64,000 nt of DNA. It comes from a virus (taxonomy: Duplodnaviria; Caudoviricetes). The notes under the pieces are model-generated. The model was given only the letters and a program-made list of their open reading frames with translations. It was not told where the DNA came from and ran no database searches. The position numbers and the translations under genes are program-made. This document shows, piece by piece, positions 11,146 to 21,500 of this stretch (the first letter of the stretch is position 1; every line of letters starts with the position of its first letter). Where the stretch lies: IMG/VR virus record IMGVR_UViG_3300026549_000039, positions 32,001 through 96,000 of that record; one strand, written 5' to 3'.

Positions 11146-12375
11146 CTAGCTAAATTCATAATCTGCCTTCTGCTTGGGCAGGAAGTTAATCTTATCGTAG
11201 TACTGGTAGGGCGTAAAGCTGTCATCATTGACAACTGGAGCTGTCAGACATACACAGAATGTAAACACATCACCTGGACGCAGCGGTCCTGGTATGGATA
11301 TGGTATCGTTGTACCTATTTATATCAGAACTCTCATCCCTGGACAGTAACAGCATAGAATCCCGAGACGTGATAACCATATCATAATAAGTAGTAACAGG
11401 AGCTATATTCTTACAGCGGACCCTCCTAAATGCCACCTGAGCAGAAGAAAGGTTTCCAAGATCAAGAGTATTCGTATTAGGCCAGCCGTCTTCCATTTCC
11501 AGTTTGATCATCATTATTTCAGACTTATATATCCGACCCTCTATCAAGCTGTATACCCATCTACCAGCTGCAAGGATATCCGATCCCTTCATTAACTCCC
11601 CAGACACATACCACGATGTATCATAGGATAGTGGCGAGCCTAATTTATATTTCAACGAGTGTATCACATTAGGCTGGCTAGTAACGACCTCACGACACAG
11701 CAAGTCCATAACGCCATCATGGTATGTACAAGCAACAGCTGTACCATTAGGCTTATCTATAGTGTACCCTCTGTTACCACGAGTGCTGAGATCTATCAGG
11801 ACTGGATTACGAAATAACCCGATCAAATCAAACTCAACTATATACTGACCAAGGTTAGCTGGTACCGTGTCAGACTCTATATCATCTGACAAACCAGCGA
11901 GCAGATATACAGTTGGGCCAATGTTGAATATGTTCGTATACTTCGGATGGTACTTAAGGTATCTGGTAACAGCTGCATGTGTCATATTCCAGACATTGTT
12001 ACCGGGCGGTACCCTGTCGCTGAATGGTACCTCAAATCGCGATACACGCATCACACCATCCGACCGCCCCTGCTGTAGAGAGCCTGTATAAACGGCCATC
12101 TTGCCACCGCCCTCGTGGTTGAGGATGTAGCAGTAGTCGTTGAATTGACTGATACCCAACACATCATCTACTGGACTATCCACAAGGCAGGATGCTCTGA
12201 CAGACGCATCGTCGCGAGATATCCACATCAGCTTGGTCTCTACAGTATCATACGTTATTATTGAATGATCCGTATAATCATAGGCTAGACCTCGCAGATC
12301 AGCTGTTTCTGGAATCTGGTACTCAGCATTATAAGAACCTATAGGCCACAACAGCCTAGTATTTGCATAGTACAC
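11146..12375 (-). CDS. Beta-propeller plus C-terminal Ig-like tail protein
   Basis: LRGLAYDYTDHSIITYD blade; C-terminal LDLGNL...VRCKNI...GPLRPGDVFTFCV; SD AAAGGGGAG. Confidence 0.55.
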   Translation of the reverse strand: MYYANTRLLWPIGSYNAEYQIPETADLRGLAYDYTDHSIITYDTVETKLMWISRDDASVRASCLVDSPVDDVLGISQFNDYCYILNHEGGGKMAVYTGSLQQGRSDGVMRVSRFEVPFSDRVPPGNNVWNMTHAAVTRYLKYHPKYTNIFNIGPTVYLLAGLSDDIESDTVPANLGQYIVEFDLIGLFRNPVLIDLSTRGNRGYTIDKPNGTAVACTYHDGVMDLLCREVVTSQPNVIHSLKYKLGSPLSYDTSWYVSGELMKGSDILAAGRWVYSLIEGRIYKSEIMMIKLEMEDGWPNTNTLDLGNLSSAQVAFRRVRCKNIAPVTTYYDMVITSRDSMLLLSRDESSDINRYNDTISIPGPLRPGDVFTFCVCLTAPVVNDDSFTPYQYYDKINFLPKQKADYEFS

Positions 12376-12427
12376 CTGCCAACTCTCCCCTTTCTTCCAT
12401 CAGACATAATATACATCCCGGTCTCCT

Positions 12428-12452
12428 ATTATACCGGCATACAAGCTATAAT
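12428..12452. promoter_or_regulatory. Back-to-back -10 (TATAAT) elements for the two divergent structural operons
   Basis: TATAAT on the minus strand at 12428-12433 and on the plus strand at 12447-12452, in the only intergenic gap between the operons; no -35 match. Confidence 0.45.
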
Positions 12453-12478
12453 TAACCTATAAGATCTAAGAAAGGCGT

Positions 12479-15400
12479 GTGGTATCTATGCCGGGTTATC
12501 AGCGTCAGAGGATATGGGACGAAAGACCTCTAACTGACGAAATAAAAGCAAGCATCCTGGCGAAGCCAGATGCACACATTATAGCATCCTCAACCTCCAA
12601 TGCTCAGTTTGAGCCTTGCTGTCTGGTAGTGGTGGATCATTCCTACCCGCTGATAGGAGTACTGTCTGTAACTGTCAAACGAAGCAGGAATACTGAGAGT
12701 AACACAGCATCTATTTCTCTGCTTAATACTGGTGTTCGCTATTCTGGTCCTAACAAACAGAAGATATCAGCGAACACGCCCATATCTATTTATATGGGCT
12801 ACTCGAAACGCTACATCCAGAGGTTTGAGGGGTATATAGACTCTACCTCTATGTCTACAACAGGGGACGGGTCTACCATACAGATTGAGTGCAGGGACAG
12901 AGCTAAGGACCTGATTGAGAATGAAATATCTTGTGGCATATACTCGGACAAATCTGAATATCTAGGCGAAGGCGACTGGCATTTCCAGATGGGATATGAC
13001 CGGTTCTCTACTCAGATGAACCCAGAACCTAGAGCCTGGAAAGTATCTGATGTTCTTAGGGATGTTTGCTATGTACTTGGGCTTAGGGATATTGTTCCTT
13101 TTATACATATAGAAGAGAACTACAACACGGTTACAGGATTTACTACCTACGACCGTGTAGTTACCTATGGGCCTGAGTACGTGTTAGACATTGACCCAGA
13201 GTGGGATAAGGAGATCGTTTGCAACTTCGTGGAAGAGAACGCCCTCGATGTGATAGCTCAGCTTGCTCAGAGTATCTGCCATGAAGCCTTCTTTGACCAG
13301 CTGGGCCGTCTTGTCGTGCGTAAGGTTCAAACAGCAGCCGACCCATCCGTCTTCTATTATAAGGAAGAAAGGGATATTGAGTCCCTAACCAATAAGGTAG
13401 ACGATGATAATGTTTCTAATATTATAACCATCACAGGACAGACCGCTGATGAAACAGCTGTCATCTACCCGTTCGGCGCTGTGGCTGTTACGGATAATGT
13501 ATCTCTTGAGAAGGGCCAGGATAAGTATGGCTGGACTATGACATACCCCAAGATTGTCGGCCCAGAGAACATTAACACTCTGAAGCACCCATCTCTCTAT
13601 GCCCACACCATGGCCCCTGGTGCTGAACCTGTTACGGACTACCATGACAACCCAGAGAACGGACCGTCTTACGACGTGAGGATACACTATCCTAACTTCG
13701 CTCAGCCTTATGAAAAGCAGCTGTGCCTTGAGGCCACCTGCCCTATTATCACGGACGAGGCGGCCAAAGCCAACACCAATAACCTTAGAACATGGGGCTA
13801 TCATGGTGAAGTAGATAGTGCTGTTTCATATGAGAACCAGCCCATCATGCTGGAGGACAGATTCCGTAAACCGCTGTTGGTGGTATGTAAAGAGCGGTCT
13901 ATGGATGACGATCTAATAAAGGCCTGTGATGCTACAGTCAGTAACCCAGAGGCTAAAGATGATCCAGATGAGGATGCTGATCCAGTACCGATGCCGTCTG
14001 TCCTGGACCACATTACCTATTCGGTAGACGGTGGTACTATCTACGACTACAATACGGATCCTAACTACCCGTCCAACCCATTACCTACGCCTAATTATGG
14101 TGGACTGCCTACCCCCGGTGTAGCAAACTCCTACTATCTAGTAGGTACAAAGGACGTAGACAGCTTACCTTCTGACGCAACAGCATTTGTGCCTAAAGGT
14201 TTGACAGCGGCAGACTTCCAAGGTAAAGGTAAAGAAATAACGCAGTTTTCTGTGGTGCAGGGTGTGTCACCCTGGGCATCTCTGCCTAACTACATATATG
14301 ATATGGCATCCATGTCCACACTTACGCCATACATAGCCATGGTGAAGGTAAAGCGTAAGATCAAAACTAAGATGTATCAGGACCCAACAAATCCTGCTGT
14401 CACGTATCGGGCTGTTGAGAATCTTATCGATCCTACTGCTTACGATGAGATCGAAGTGATCCCGTTTGACCTGAATCCACAGAACCTGTACGTGAACTGC
14501 CAGGTTGTTGACAACCAGATTGAGTCTATGTATACACCTTGGCGAGATCTACCAAGTGGAGCTATAGACATGGGTGGAGATCAGGTTGAAGAGATAGAAT
14601 ACCCGTTGATCTATCATAACCCATTGGCTGGTTTGACAGGTACACAACCGAACTATTTGCTGGCTCCCATCTCTGATGACTGGATGGATACCATTACCAG
14701 CATCAAGGATAGCTGTGGCAAGTCTATGGAAGTATTCATAACCAAGATAGACCCTAGGTATGTGTCTAACAGTGACCCAGATGTAAACTGTGTCTACTGG
14801 AAATGGCGTGGCACCTACAAGAAGGACCCAACAAAATCGGACAGAGGCGTCGTTGTTCAAACCGACATGGGTGCTGATGCCAATGGCAACCCAAAGGTCA
14901 GCATAAAGAAGGACGAGTTCTACAGGCTGGCCGCTGATCCTAATACTGTAGTTATTGAATGCACAACAGCTGGTATTGACCATAAGTCCTGGGCAGAGGT
15001 AGTAGAGCTGAACGAGTACAACATCATCTGCAAGGGGCATAACCAGTATGGCAGTATGAAAGACTCTTGGGAAAAATTTATTAAGGAACTGGAAAAGATA
15101 CTTACTCTGATTGGAGCAGCTCTGGTAATTATAGGTATAGCATTCTTATGTATGCCATTTGGAGGAGCAGCAGCCTCTGGAGTGGCACAAGGTGGTATTG
15201 CACCTGTTACAGCAGCACTAGCAATACTATTGGGTGTATTCCTAATACTGCTTGACCTCGACGATAACATAGGGGCTAATATCTCTAAGGTAATGGAAGA
15301 TATGTCCTGCCGTCTGACGGGTGTGCGCCGACCTGAGATCGAACTCTGGCATAACTCTTCTAAGGCAGCACAGTGGTATATCAGGGATCAATCTAATCAG

Positions 15401-18193
15401 GTGGCAGGGAGTATGGCTGCTGATACCACAGCTACACCTCCTAGTCCGTTTGGTGTACCTGATGGCTACTTTGGGTATGAAGAGGGGTCCACGCTTAATA
15501 CTATATACCAACCGAATAATCAGGAGAGCGTGGCCTCGACTGGTCTGTCTAGGGCTTACACCTGGGTGTTCCTTATGGACCTGACCAAAGCTGGTTCGTC
15601 TGGGCCTGCTCTTTGGCCCAATGGCCCTTGGGTCACTGCTGTCGGCTGGGAGACACCCGAGGTTGGAGACCGCAGACCTATTGAGTACTACACTCAAAAG
15701 GACTACGACGGTAACGAGTTGGAGAAGAAGGAGATCATTACCCGGTTCGCTATTGAAGCCTTCGGTGATGATACCAGGGACCCGATCTACACCGCTGAGG
15801 AGCTGGTTGGCCTTAGATTCGAGAACAATACAGACATAGGCATCGTTCCTGGAACTGCTGAGACCTGGTACAACTCTACTGGTTATGAACTTCTGGTTGA
15901 TAGGTCTATGAATGAAATGGCCGTCTCAGACAACGGGTTCTGGTTTGATTTCTTTGAAAAGAAAGATAACTTTGTTGACCGCAGGTACAAGTACATCGCC
16001 TTGGTTATCTATTCTTGGAGAGTGAAAACCTACAATCCTGACGGCACACTCAAGGATGATACCGAGTACATAACAAGAGGTAGTACACCTGACCCGAAGG
16101 TAATATTTGCTCACACTGATGCTGGTGAGCCTTGCCGCTGGGGCCTGTTTGTTCCTCGTGGATTGAACCCACAACACTATAACCGCTGGAGATGGCTAGA
16201 ACAGGATACTTTAGGTAATGACAAAGAAGAGCAAAACTACACACACGTAAGCATACTGTGGGCAGGTCAGGAGAAGCTGATTGCTAACCTGATCAACAAC
16301 TTTAAGTACTCAGCGGTACAGCTGGACTTCAGAGTATGGGGCAAGGCTTATGGTACGTTTGCGCCTACTATTGTGTACTACTCCGAAGCCAATCTTCTCT
16401 CTTGGGGATCCTATGGGAACAGGGAGCTGTCTTTGAATAACAACTGCATCAACGACTTCAAAACAGCTCGTAAGCTGGCTAACATGCTTACAGCCCAGTC
16501 CAATGAGACGTACAACATGGTGACCACTGGCAAACCGTATGTCTTTGAGGGCGATGTAGTCATGGTGAAAGAGGAGACATCAGGATCAATAGCCGGTATG
16601 TTCAGAAACTGGGAGAACATATGGAAGGATCCCGAGAGGAAGAACTGTGTCGATCCTGGCAACCAGCTCACCTTCAGAAGTATACCTGGAGTATACCAGC
16701 CTCAGTACTCTACACCCACCTACGGTAATAATACCTTGGTGGCATGTAGTGACGGGACCAGGAACACATACTTGGTGGAGATTGATAAAGCATACAATCC
16801 CATCTGGTATGCCATAGACACAGCCAACACTAGACCAGTGTTCTGTATGCGCTGGGAAGGTGTTGGTGGACAGTATAATGCAAATGTAGCGACACATACC
16901 CTGGCTGGACTAGCTGACGGATCATTCATCCAGATTGATTACACCATAGCCAATCTGGTAAACAGCCTCACCCTACCTGCTGTGCCCACCTGTGGTACCA
17001 TGGATGAGGAACAGCTTTGGGTCTTTGTTGGTTCTGACACTGGCGTGTACGGCATCAACCTGGCGACATTCACGGTTGATATCATAGATAACTCAGGAGG
17101 ATGTACTGGTATATCAGCAGCCCAGTGGAAGGTTTATGATCCCATACTAGAGGAGGAAGCCTACCGAGAGTACGGCGTGCTGTTTACCGTAGGTTCGGGT
17201 GGAATCACATGCAGGCAGTTGTACCAGGATAGGAACCGCACTGCAATAGGGCCAGTATTGGCTACCTATACAGGCAACCTACCATTTGATGAGCCTGGAA
17301 CACTTGAGTATGACAAGAGCCTTGGTGAGCTGATCTACGTACACAAGGCACAACCTAACAAGGCAGCGTCCATACACAGCATAAAGGTTGAGGTGGAGAT
17401 TGACCCTTCGTATCCTGACGCTGGTTTCGACGTTGAGTTTATAGGCGAGCTGTGGAAGATTGACTATATGGATGACGGCGAGCTGATAGCTACATTCCCC
17501 AATACAGCAGACCGTACAGCTTACATCAATCAGTTCTTCAGGCCAGTTCATGCTATCTATGATGTAAACAAAGACCTGCTGATTACTGATGAGCACAACA
17601 ACAGGGTGTACAAAGTTAATCCTAGTGGTAAGTTCTACATTACATCTATCACTGATAACTTTGACATTGGAGACAACGCTGTTACCTATAAGCAGCAGGT
17701 AGAAATGGTAACAGTGGCTGCCGCTGGGTCACTTCAGCTCACAAACTTTGGTAAGAACTTCCTCAATACCAAGACAGACCAGCAGATAACAGCTGCCATG
17801 AACACTGGTATGGGAAGAATCATCAGTGAGCTGGGTAGAGACAAGTACCTGTGCAAGCTGCTAACATCAGCAACCGTAGTCGAGGCCATCAACAACTCTG
17901 CACAGGCTCTTAGGGTGCGCGACACTGTTATAATCATGTTTGGCTTCAATGGCGATATGTCCGGCGTTGGTACAATCATAGCTAAGAAGGCATTGAATGA
18001 CTGGCTGGTTGAGACTGGTGATCCCTATGTGTACACCGATGCTACGTCCATTGATGTAACAAAATATGGACAGGCGGCTACGGAGACAACATCAGGAGGC
18101 AGCACGGCAGACCTCACAGTGTATAATTCTAGGATACGCACCATAGAGAACAGGCTGAAGACACTTGCTGGCCTGCATGGATTGAGGTGGTAG
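12479..18193 (+). CDS. Baseplate hub/spike protein (gp27-like hub plus gp5-like OB region; VgrG/Tal-like) with large insertions
   Basis: N-terminal hub motifs (SVTVKRS...ASISLLN...ISIYMGY...FEGYID...IECRDRAKDL; FFDQLGRLVVR; NIITITG), later YGNREL...TGKPYVFEGDVVMV...FYITSITDNF. NHL repeat LLITDEHNNRVYKV; C-terminal OB-like GRIISELGRDKY...LRVRDTVIIMF. Confidence 0.65.
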   Translation: MVSMPGYQRQRIWDERPLTDEIKASILAKPDAHIIASSTSNAQFEPCCLVVVDHSYPLIGVLSVTVKRSRNTESNTASISLLNTGVRYSGPNKQKISANTPISIYMGYSKRYIQRFEGYIDSTSMSTTGDGSTIQIECRDRAKDLIENEISCGIYSDKSEYLGEGDWHFQMGYDRFSTQMNPEPRAWKVSDVLRDVCYVLGLRDIVPFIHIEENYNTVTGFTTYDRVVTYGPEYVLDIDPEWDKEIVCNFVEENALDVIAQLAQSICHEAFFDQLGRLVVRKVQTAADPSVFYYKEERDIESLTNKVDDDNVSNIITITGQTADETAVIYPFGAVAVTDNVSLEKGQDKYGWTMTYPKIVGPENINTLKHPSLYAHTMAPGAEPVTDYHDNPENGPSYDVRIHYPNFAQPYEKQLCLEATCPIITDEAAKANTNNLRTWGYHGEVDSAVSYENQPIMLEDRFRKPLLVVCKERSMDDDLIKACDATVSNPEAKDDPDEDADPVPMPSVLDHITYSVDGGTIYDYNTDPNYPSNPLPTPNYGGLPTPGVANSYYLVGTKDVDSLPSDATAFVPKGLTAADFQGKGKEITQFSVVQGVSPWASLPNYIYDMASMSTLTPYIAMVKVKRKIKTKMYQDPTNPAVTYRAVENLIDPTAYDEIEVIPFDLNPQNLYVNCQVVDNQIESMYTPWRDLPSGAIDMGGDQVEEIEYPLIYHNPLAGLTGTQPNYLLAPISDDWMDTITSIKDSCGKSMEVFITKIDPRYVSNSDPDVNCVYWKWRGTYKKDPTKSDRGVVVQTDMGADANGNPKVSIKKDEFYRLAADPNTVVIECTTAGIDHKSWAEVVELNEYNIICKGHNQYGSMKDSWEKFIKELEKILTLIGAALVIIGIAFLCMPFGGAAASGVAQGGIAPVTAALAILLGVFLILLDLDDNIGANISKVMEDMSCRLTGVRRPEIELWHNSSKAAQWYIRDQSNQVAGSMAADTTATPPSPFGVPDGYFGYEEGSTLNTIYQPNNQESVASTGLSRAYTWVFLMDLTKAGSSGPALWPNGPWVTAVGWETPEVGDRRPIEYYTQKDYDGNELEKKEIITRFAIEAFGDDTRDPIYTAEELVGLRFENNTDIGIVPGTAETWYNSTGYELLVDRSMNEMAVSDNGFWFDFFEKKDNFVDRRYKYIALVIYSWRVKTYNPDGTLKDDTEYITRGSTPDPKVIFAHTDAGEPCRWGLFVPRGLNPQHYNRWRWLEQDTLGNDKEEQNYTHVSILWAGQEKLIANLINNFKYSAVQLDFRVWGKAYGTFAPTIVYYSEANLLSWGSYGNRELSLNNNCINDFKTARKLANMLTAQSNETYNMVTTGKPYVFEGDVVMVKEETSGSIAGMFRNWENIWKDPERKNCVDPGNQLTFRSIPGVYQPQYSTPTYGNNTLVACSDGTRNTYLVEIDKAYNPIWYAIDTANTRPVFCMRWEGVGGQYNANVATHTLAGLADGSFIQIDYTIANLVNSLTLPAVPTCGTMDEEQLWVFVGSDTGVYGINLATFTVDIIDNSGGCTGISAAQWKVYDPILEEEAYREYGVLFTVGSGGITCRQLYQDRNRTAIGPVLATYTGNLPFDEPGTLEYDKSLGELIYVHKAQPNKAASIHSIKVEVEIDPSYPDAGFDVEFIGELWKIDYMDDGELIATFPNTADRTAYINQFFRPVHAIYDVNKDLLITDEHNNRVYKVNPSGKFYITSITDNFDIGDNAVTYKQQVEMVTVAAAGSLQLTNFGKNFLNTKTDQQITAAMNTGMGRIISELGRDKYLCKLLTSATVVEAINNSAQALRVRDTVIIMFGFNGDMSGVGTIIAKKALNDWLVETGDPYVYTDATSIDVTKYGQAATETTSGGSTADLTVYNSRIRTIENRLKTLAGLHGLRW

Positions 18194-18196
18194 GAA

Positions 18197-19246
18197 GTGT
18201 ATTACAACAAATACTTACGTAAACCAGATGTACCTGGTGCATCACGATGCTCATTTACATTTGATGCTAATGCAGACCTGCTCACTCGGGATGATAACTA
18301 CCGAGGTAAGAAACGGTATAGGTTCAACAAATGGCAACCTATATCTGAAGCGTTTCCCAAGCCCTCTTCGGGGGGCTTGATATTTAATCCTAATCAGGAG
18401 CATCCACTAGCTGGCATCATATCAGCATGGCATATCAACCCAGCGGATGAGGGCTATGTGGATTTCCTGATTAGCCCCATAACGGTTAATAAGTTTGATG
18501 CAGCCGCTGGGGATGCAATAGAGGTTGGGGTTGGGTTCCTTAAATACATATCGGACTACTGGGCTCTGGTACAGGGTTGCGAGTTTGTGTGCAGGCGTAG
18601 GTCAATGCTACCCAGCGCACAGCGTCAATACTATACGATTGGGAACAACGAGATACCATTTACTCAGCAGGTGTTCAACCCAGATAACTATGCCAGCTTT
18701 CAGCTCAGGTACGACGTGACCGGGATGGATATAGTCTATACAGAGTATGACGCAACTGGTACAGCGTTATCTTCTGATGCTACCCACCTGGATTATGATA
18801 ATACGGTAGGAAACCTATACAGGCCTGTACTATACTTCTATGCTAATGGAGATTGCAATTTTGAGTGCAGCTTGATTAGAAGCAAGATAGAGTTCCCAAT
18901 GCTAAGGTTGGCACATAGTGAGACCATATGGTTCCTAGAGAATCCCAGCACTTATGTACCACCTGTGGCTCCTATCAGGGACCCTGGTAATCATATGTAC
19001 TACCAACCAACCAAAGCTATGATAGAGGACGCTACGATTAGGGTAGCCAATAACTGGTGCAGCCACGAATGGTTACGCACCATAGACTACCTTATATCCG
19101 CTGGATTGGAAACATTTATATTTACAGATCCAGATGGTAGACGCTTTAGATGCTGCTTTGAGGATCTACAGGCTAATACAGCTAGATTGACTGGCACCAA
19201 GGGTGTGGGGTATGAACTTACCATGCCCGTTATGGTTTTACATTAG
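18197..19246 (+). CDS. Putative distal-tail/baseplate protein
   Basis: Follows the hub gene; C-terminus FIFTDPDGRRFRCCF...YELTMPV is typical of Dit/tube-initiator folds. Confidence 0.45.
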   Translation: MYYNKYLRKPDVPGASRCSFTFDANADLLTRDDNYRGKKRYRFNKWQPISEAFPKPSSGGLIFNPNQEHPLAGIISAWHINPADEGYVDFLISPITVNKFDAAAGDAIEVGVGFLKYISDYWALVQGCEFVCRRRSMLPSAQRQYYTIGNNEIPFTQQVFNPDNYASFQLRYDVTGMDIVYTEYDATGTALSSDATHLDYDNTVGNLYRPVLYFYANGDCNFECSLIRSKIEFPMLRLAHSETIWFLENPSTYVPPVAPIRDPGNHMYYQPTKAMIEDATIRVANNWCSHEWLRTIDYLISAGLETFIFTDPDGRRFRCCFEDLQANTARLTGTKGVGYELTMPVMVLH

Positions 19247-19249
19247 GAG

Positions 19250-21487
19250 GTGTTGGGTGTGCCTGTAACAAAGGTAGACAATGTAGATTATCAAAATAAT
19301 ATCCCAATAGATAATATTGTGCGCGGCGTACAATTTCACAACCAGTCTATAGGGCTAGATGCTGGGAGCTGGTGGTGGCTAGTACCAAAAGGATCCAGAA
19401 ACATTCAATTCTATACACCGTTTGCTAGTAGCCTACCGGGTGGTGACCAGTATATTAAGCTGCCTAAAAGTCCAACTATAAAGTTAGAAGATGTCGCTTC
19501 GACTCCTGGTACCGTTACCATACCACGCTCCAACATACAATTTACTTTCACAGGTAATAATACTTGGCACTGTTGGGGTGTTTATGGTGTACCTGATACT
19601 GACTTCTACTGGTTGAACCATTCTGGGCCTGGGGGCCAGCCATGGCCAACCTCTGTTCCGATTCCTGAAGCAGACGTTGTTGCTTATGGATTTGGGTACT
19701 GCCCTCTACATAACGCGAGTATACAAGTTTTTCATATGGATGGAGCACAATTAGTAGGTACACCATTTACAGGATTCAATGAGGATTGGGTTTGGGAACA
19801 GGGTGATAACTTTATTGGTAACCCATCCGACCCAGCTGATTGGGTCAAATATCACAAAACTAGTATATGGTCTAGGATACTAGGATCAGCATTACGATCT
19901 GCTAATGCCTACAACGGAAACGCTGTTCTTCCAAATAACACCAGCTTTGAAGTAGGTATGGTGGTGCCTGTGCAAGAATTGACAGACTTCTTGCGTCTAA
20001 TAAACCCGTCTTTGTTTACATCTACGTTTACATTTGACGACTCGAAAACAAATGGGTTTGGTGGAGAGCTGATAAAACATGATGATGTTAATTTCTATAA
20101 GATTCTTGTTAATGGTGAAGAAATATACTGGACTGGTAATAATGCAGGGGTATGTTGTAATAGCATAAACAGGTCGCAGTACGAAAACCTATTTTGGGGT
20201 ATAAATGGATACTACGCACCTCACACCACTACCGATGCTTTAGCAATCAAACAAGTATCAGCCCCATTTGAAATGTTATATATCCCTGAAGCTCAAGACG
20301 ATCTGATTATAGGAATGATAACATCTCATACTGGTTTCGTATATGGGCAATGGGAAGATGCCTCCGACCCACTAGATCCGTTTCTACCACCTTACATTGA
20401 GCCTCCAGAGCCTCCTAAGCCTCCTGAGCCTCCAAAGCCTGTACCCGTTCCGGCTAAGTGTGACAGACCTAGAGTGTATGCAGTATCAACACCCTCCTCC
20501 TCACAGTCACACTTTGGTTTATCATCATGTGTGGATGAGCACCTTGTGGGTCCAACTTTGGTATCGATGGCATCTAAAAGGTGCAAGTGTGGTCGTATGA
20601 TGCCTAGCAAGATACCGGCTATACGAACCACTACAGGCAACAAAGTAGAGCTCAAGGATTTCAACACATCCACTGTAATGCCTGAAATCCATTATATTCC
20701 AAAGGGGTCAAAGAATATAAAGTTTACTGGCACACCCGCCTGCCTAGTGGACTGTGTAGTGGTGCCCCAAGTATTCCATTTGGATGGTAAGCTGCTTGTT
20801 GGATCACCTGTGATACAGGATCCTAGAGTTTCTAATCGTAACTACAATGGATCAAATGTATGGGGCTTTGTTACAGGCGCAACAGCATCACCTGACCCAA
20901 GACCCGTGCAGGACATAAAGGACGCTGTTACACAGTATGTAAAGACAAATGCTCCTGCCAGGTACACCAGGAGCTTTGTATTTGATGATTCACAGGTCAA
21001 CGGCACAGGTGCCTTCATGGCCTACTCCACTTCAATGTATACCGTTACGGTGGCTGGAGAAACTATACAGTGGAATGGTGATCAGCTTGACACTTGGCCT
21101 GGGCGGGGCGATTCCCTTCAGGACAACATCGTCAATATCTCTACGTGGCTGTCTAACTTCGGCACTAACCCTGATTATGATCCACCAGCAGCAATAAAGT
21201 GCAAGCTGAGTATAGATGAGGCCAAGGACGACCTGTTCATAATGATGATTGGTACATGCTGGCATGTGTATGTCGCTTCCTGGGATTTACCATCCTCTGA
21301 TCCCCCAGAGCCTCCAGAGCCTCCTGAACCACCCGAGCCTCCAGAGCCTCCTGAACCTCCAGAGCCCCCCGAACCACCAGAGCCTCCTGAACCCCCAGAG
21401 CCTGTACCTGTTCCAGCTACGTGTGCCAGGCCTAGGATGTGGCAAAAACGAGAAGCTAACGAAGGTAAACACCATTTTGGAATATAG
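19250..21487 (+). CDS. Tail appendage protein with two copies of an uncharacterised repeated domain and Pro-rich linkers (start likely GTG 19259)
   Basis: Internal duplication (VPKGSRNIQF/IPKGSKNIKF...QVFH.DG.LLVG.P...F.FDDS..NG...GE.I.W.G...EA.DDL); (PPE)n linkers. Confidence 0.65.
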   Translation: MLGVPVTKVDNVDYQNNIPIDNIVRGVQFHNQSIGLDAGSWWWLVPKGSRNIQFYTPFASSLPGGDQYIKLPKSPTIKLEDVASTPGTVTIPRSNIQFTFTGNNTWHCWGVYGVPDTDFYWLNHSGPGGQPWPTSVPIPEADVVAYGFGYCPLHNASIQVFHMDGAQLVGTPFTGFNEDWVWEQGDNFIGNPSDPADWVKYHKTSIWSRILGSALRSANAYNGNAVLPNNTSFEVGMVVPVQELTDFLRLINPSLFTSTFTFDDSKTNGFGGELIKHDDVNFYKILVNGEEIYWTGNNAGVCCNSINRSQYENLFWGINGYYAPHTTTDALAIKQVSAPFEMLYIPEAQDDLIIGMITSHTGFVYGQWEDASDPLDPFLPPYIEPPEPPKPPEPPKPVPVPAKCDRPRVYAVSTPSSSQSHFGLSSCVDEHLVGPTLVSMASKRCKCGRMMPSKIPAIRTTTGNKVELKDFNTSTVMPEIHYIPKGSKNIKFTGTPACLVDCVVVPQVFHLDGKLLVGSPVIQDPRVSNRNYNGSNVWGFVTGATASPDPRPVQDIKDAVTQYVKTNAPARYTRSFVFDDSQVNGTGAFMAYSTSMYTVTVAGETIQWNGDQLDTWPGRGDSLQDNIVNISTWLSNFGTNPDYDPPAAIKCKLSIDEAKDDLFIMMIGTCWHVYVASWDLPSSDPPEPPEPPEPPEPPEPPEPPEPPEPPEPPEPPEPVPVPATCARPRMWQKREANEGKHHFGI
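21298..21420 (+). repeat. In-frame 9-bp Pro-Pro-Glu tandem repeat (about 11 units)
   Basis: cccccagag cctccagag cctcctgaa... Shorter Pro-rich tracts occur at ~20395-20450 and ~22665-22725, and (PPT/PPD)n at ~23940-24065. Confidence 0.9.
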
Positions 21488-21500
21488 GTGGTGAGCAGAG

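Noticed and set aside
12479-21487. TAG recoding or readthrough: three consecutive ORFs are in one frame, each separated by TAG plus one codon (similar in-frame TAG junctions at 5714 and 58500)
   Set aside because: Genes are long and unbroken in code 11, each downstream gene has its own SD, and other TAG junctions (21487, 22796, 11146) are out of frame. Low-level readthrough cannot be excluded without proteomics.
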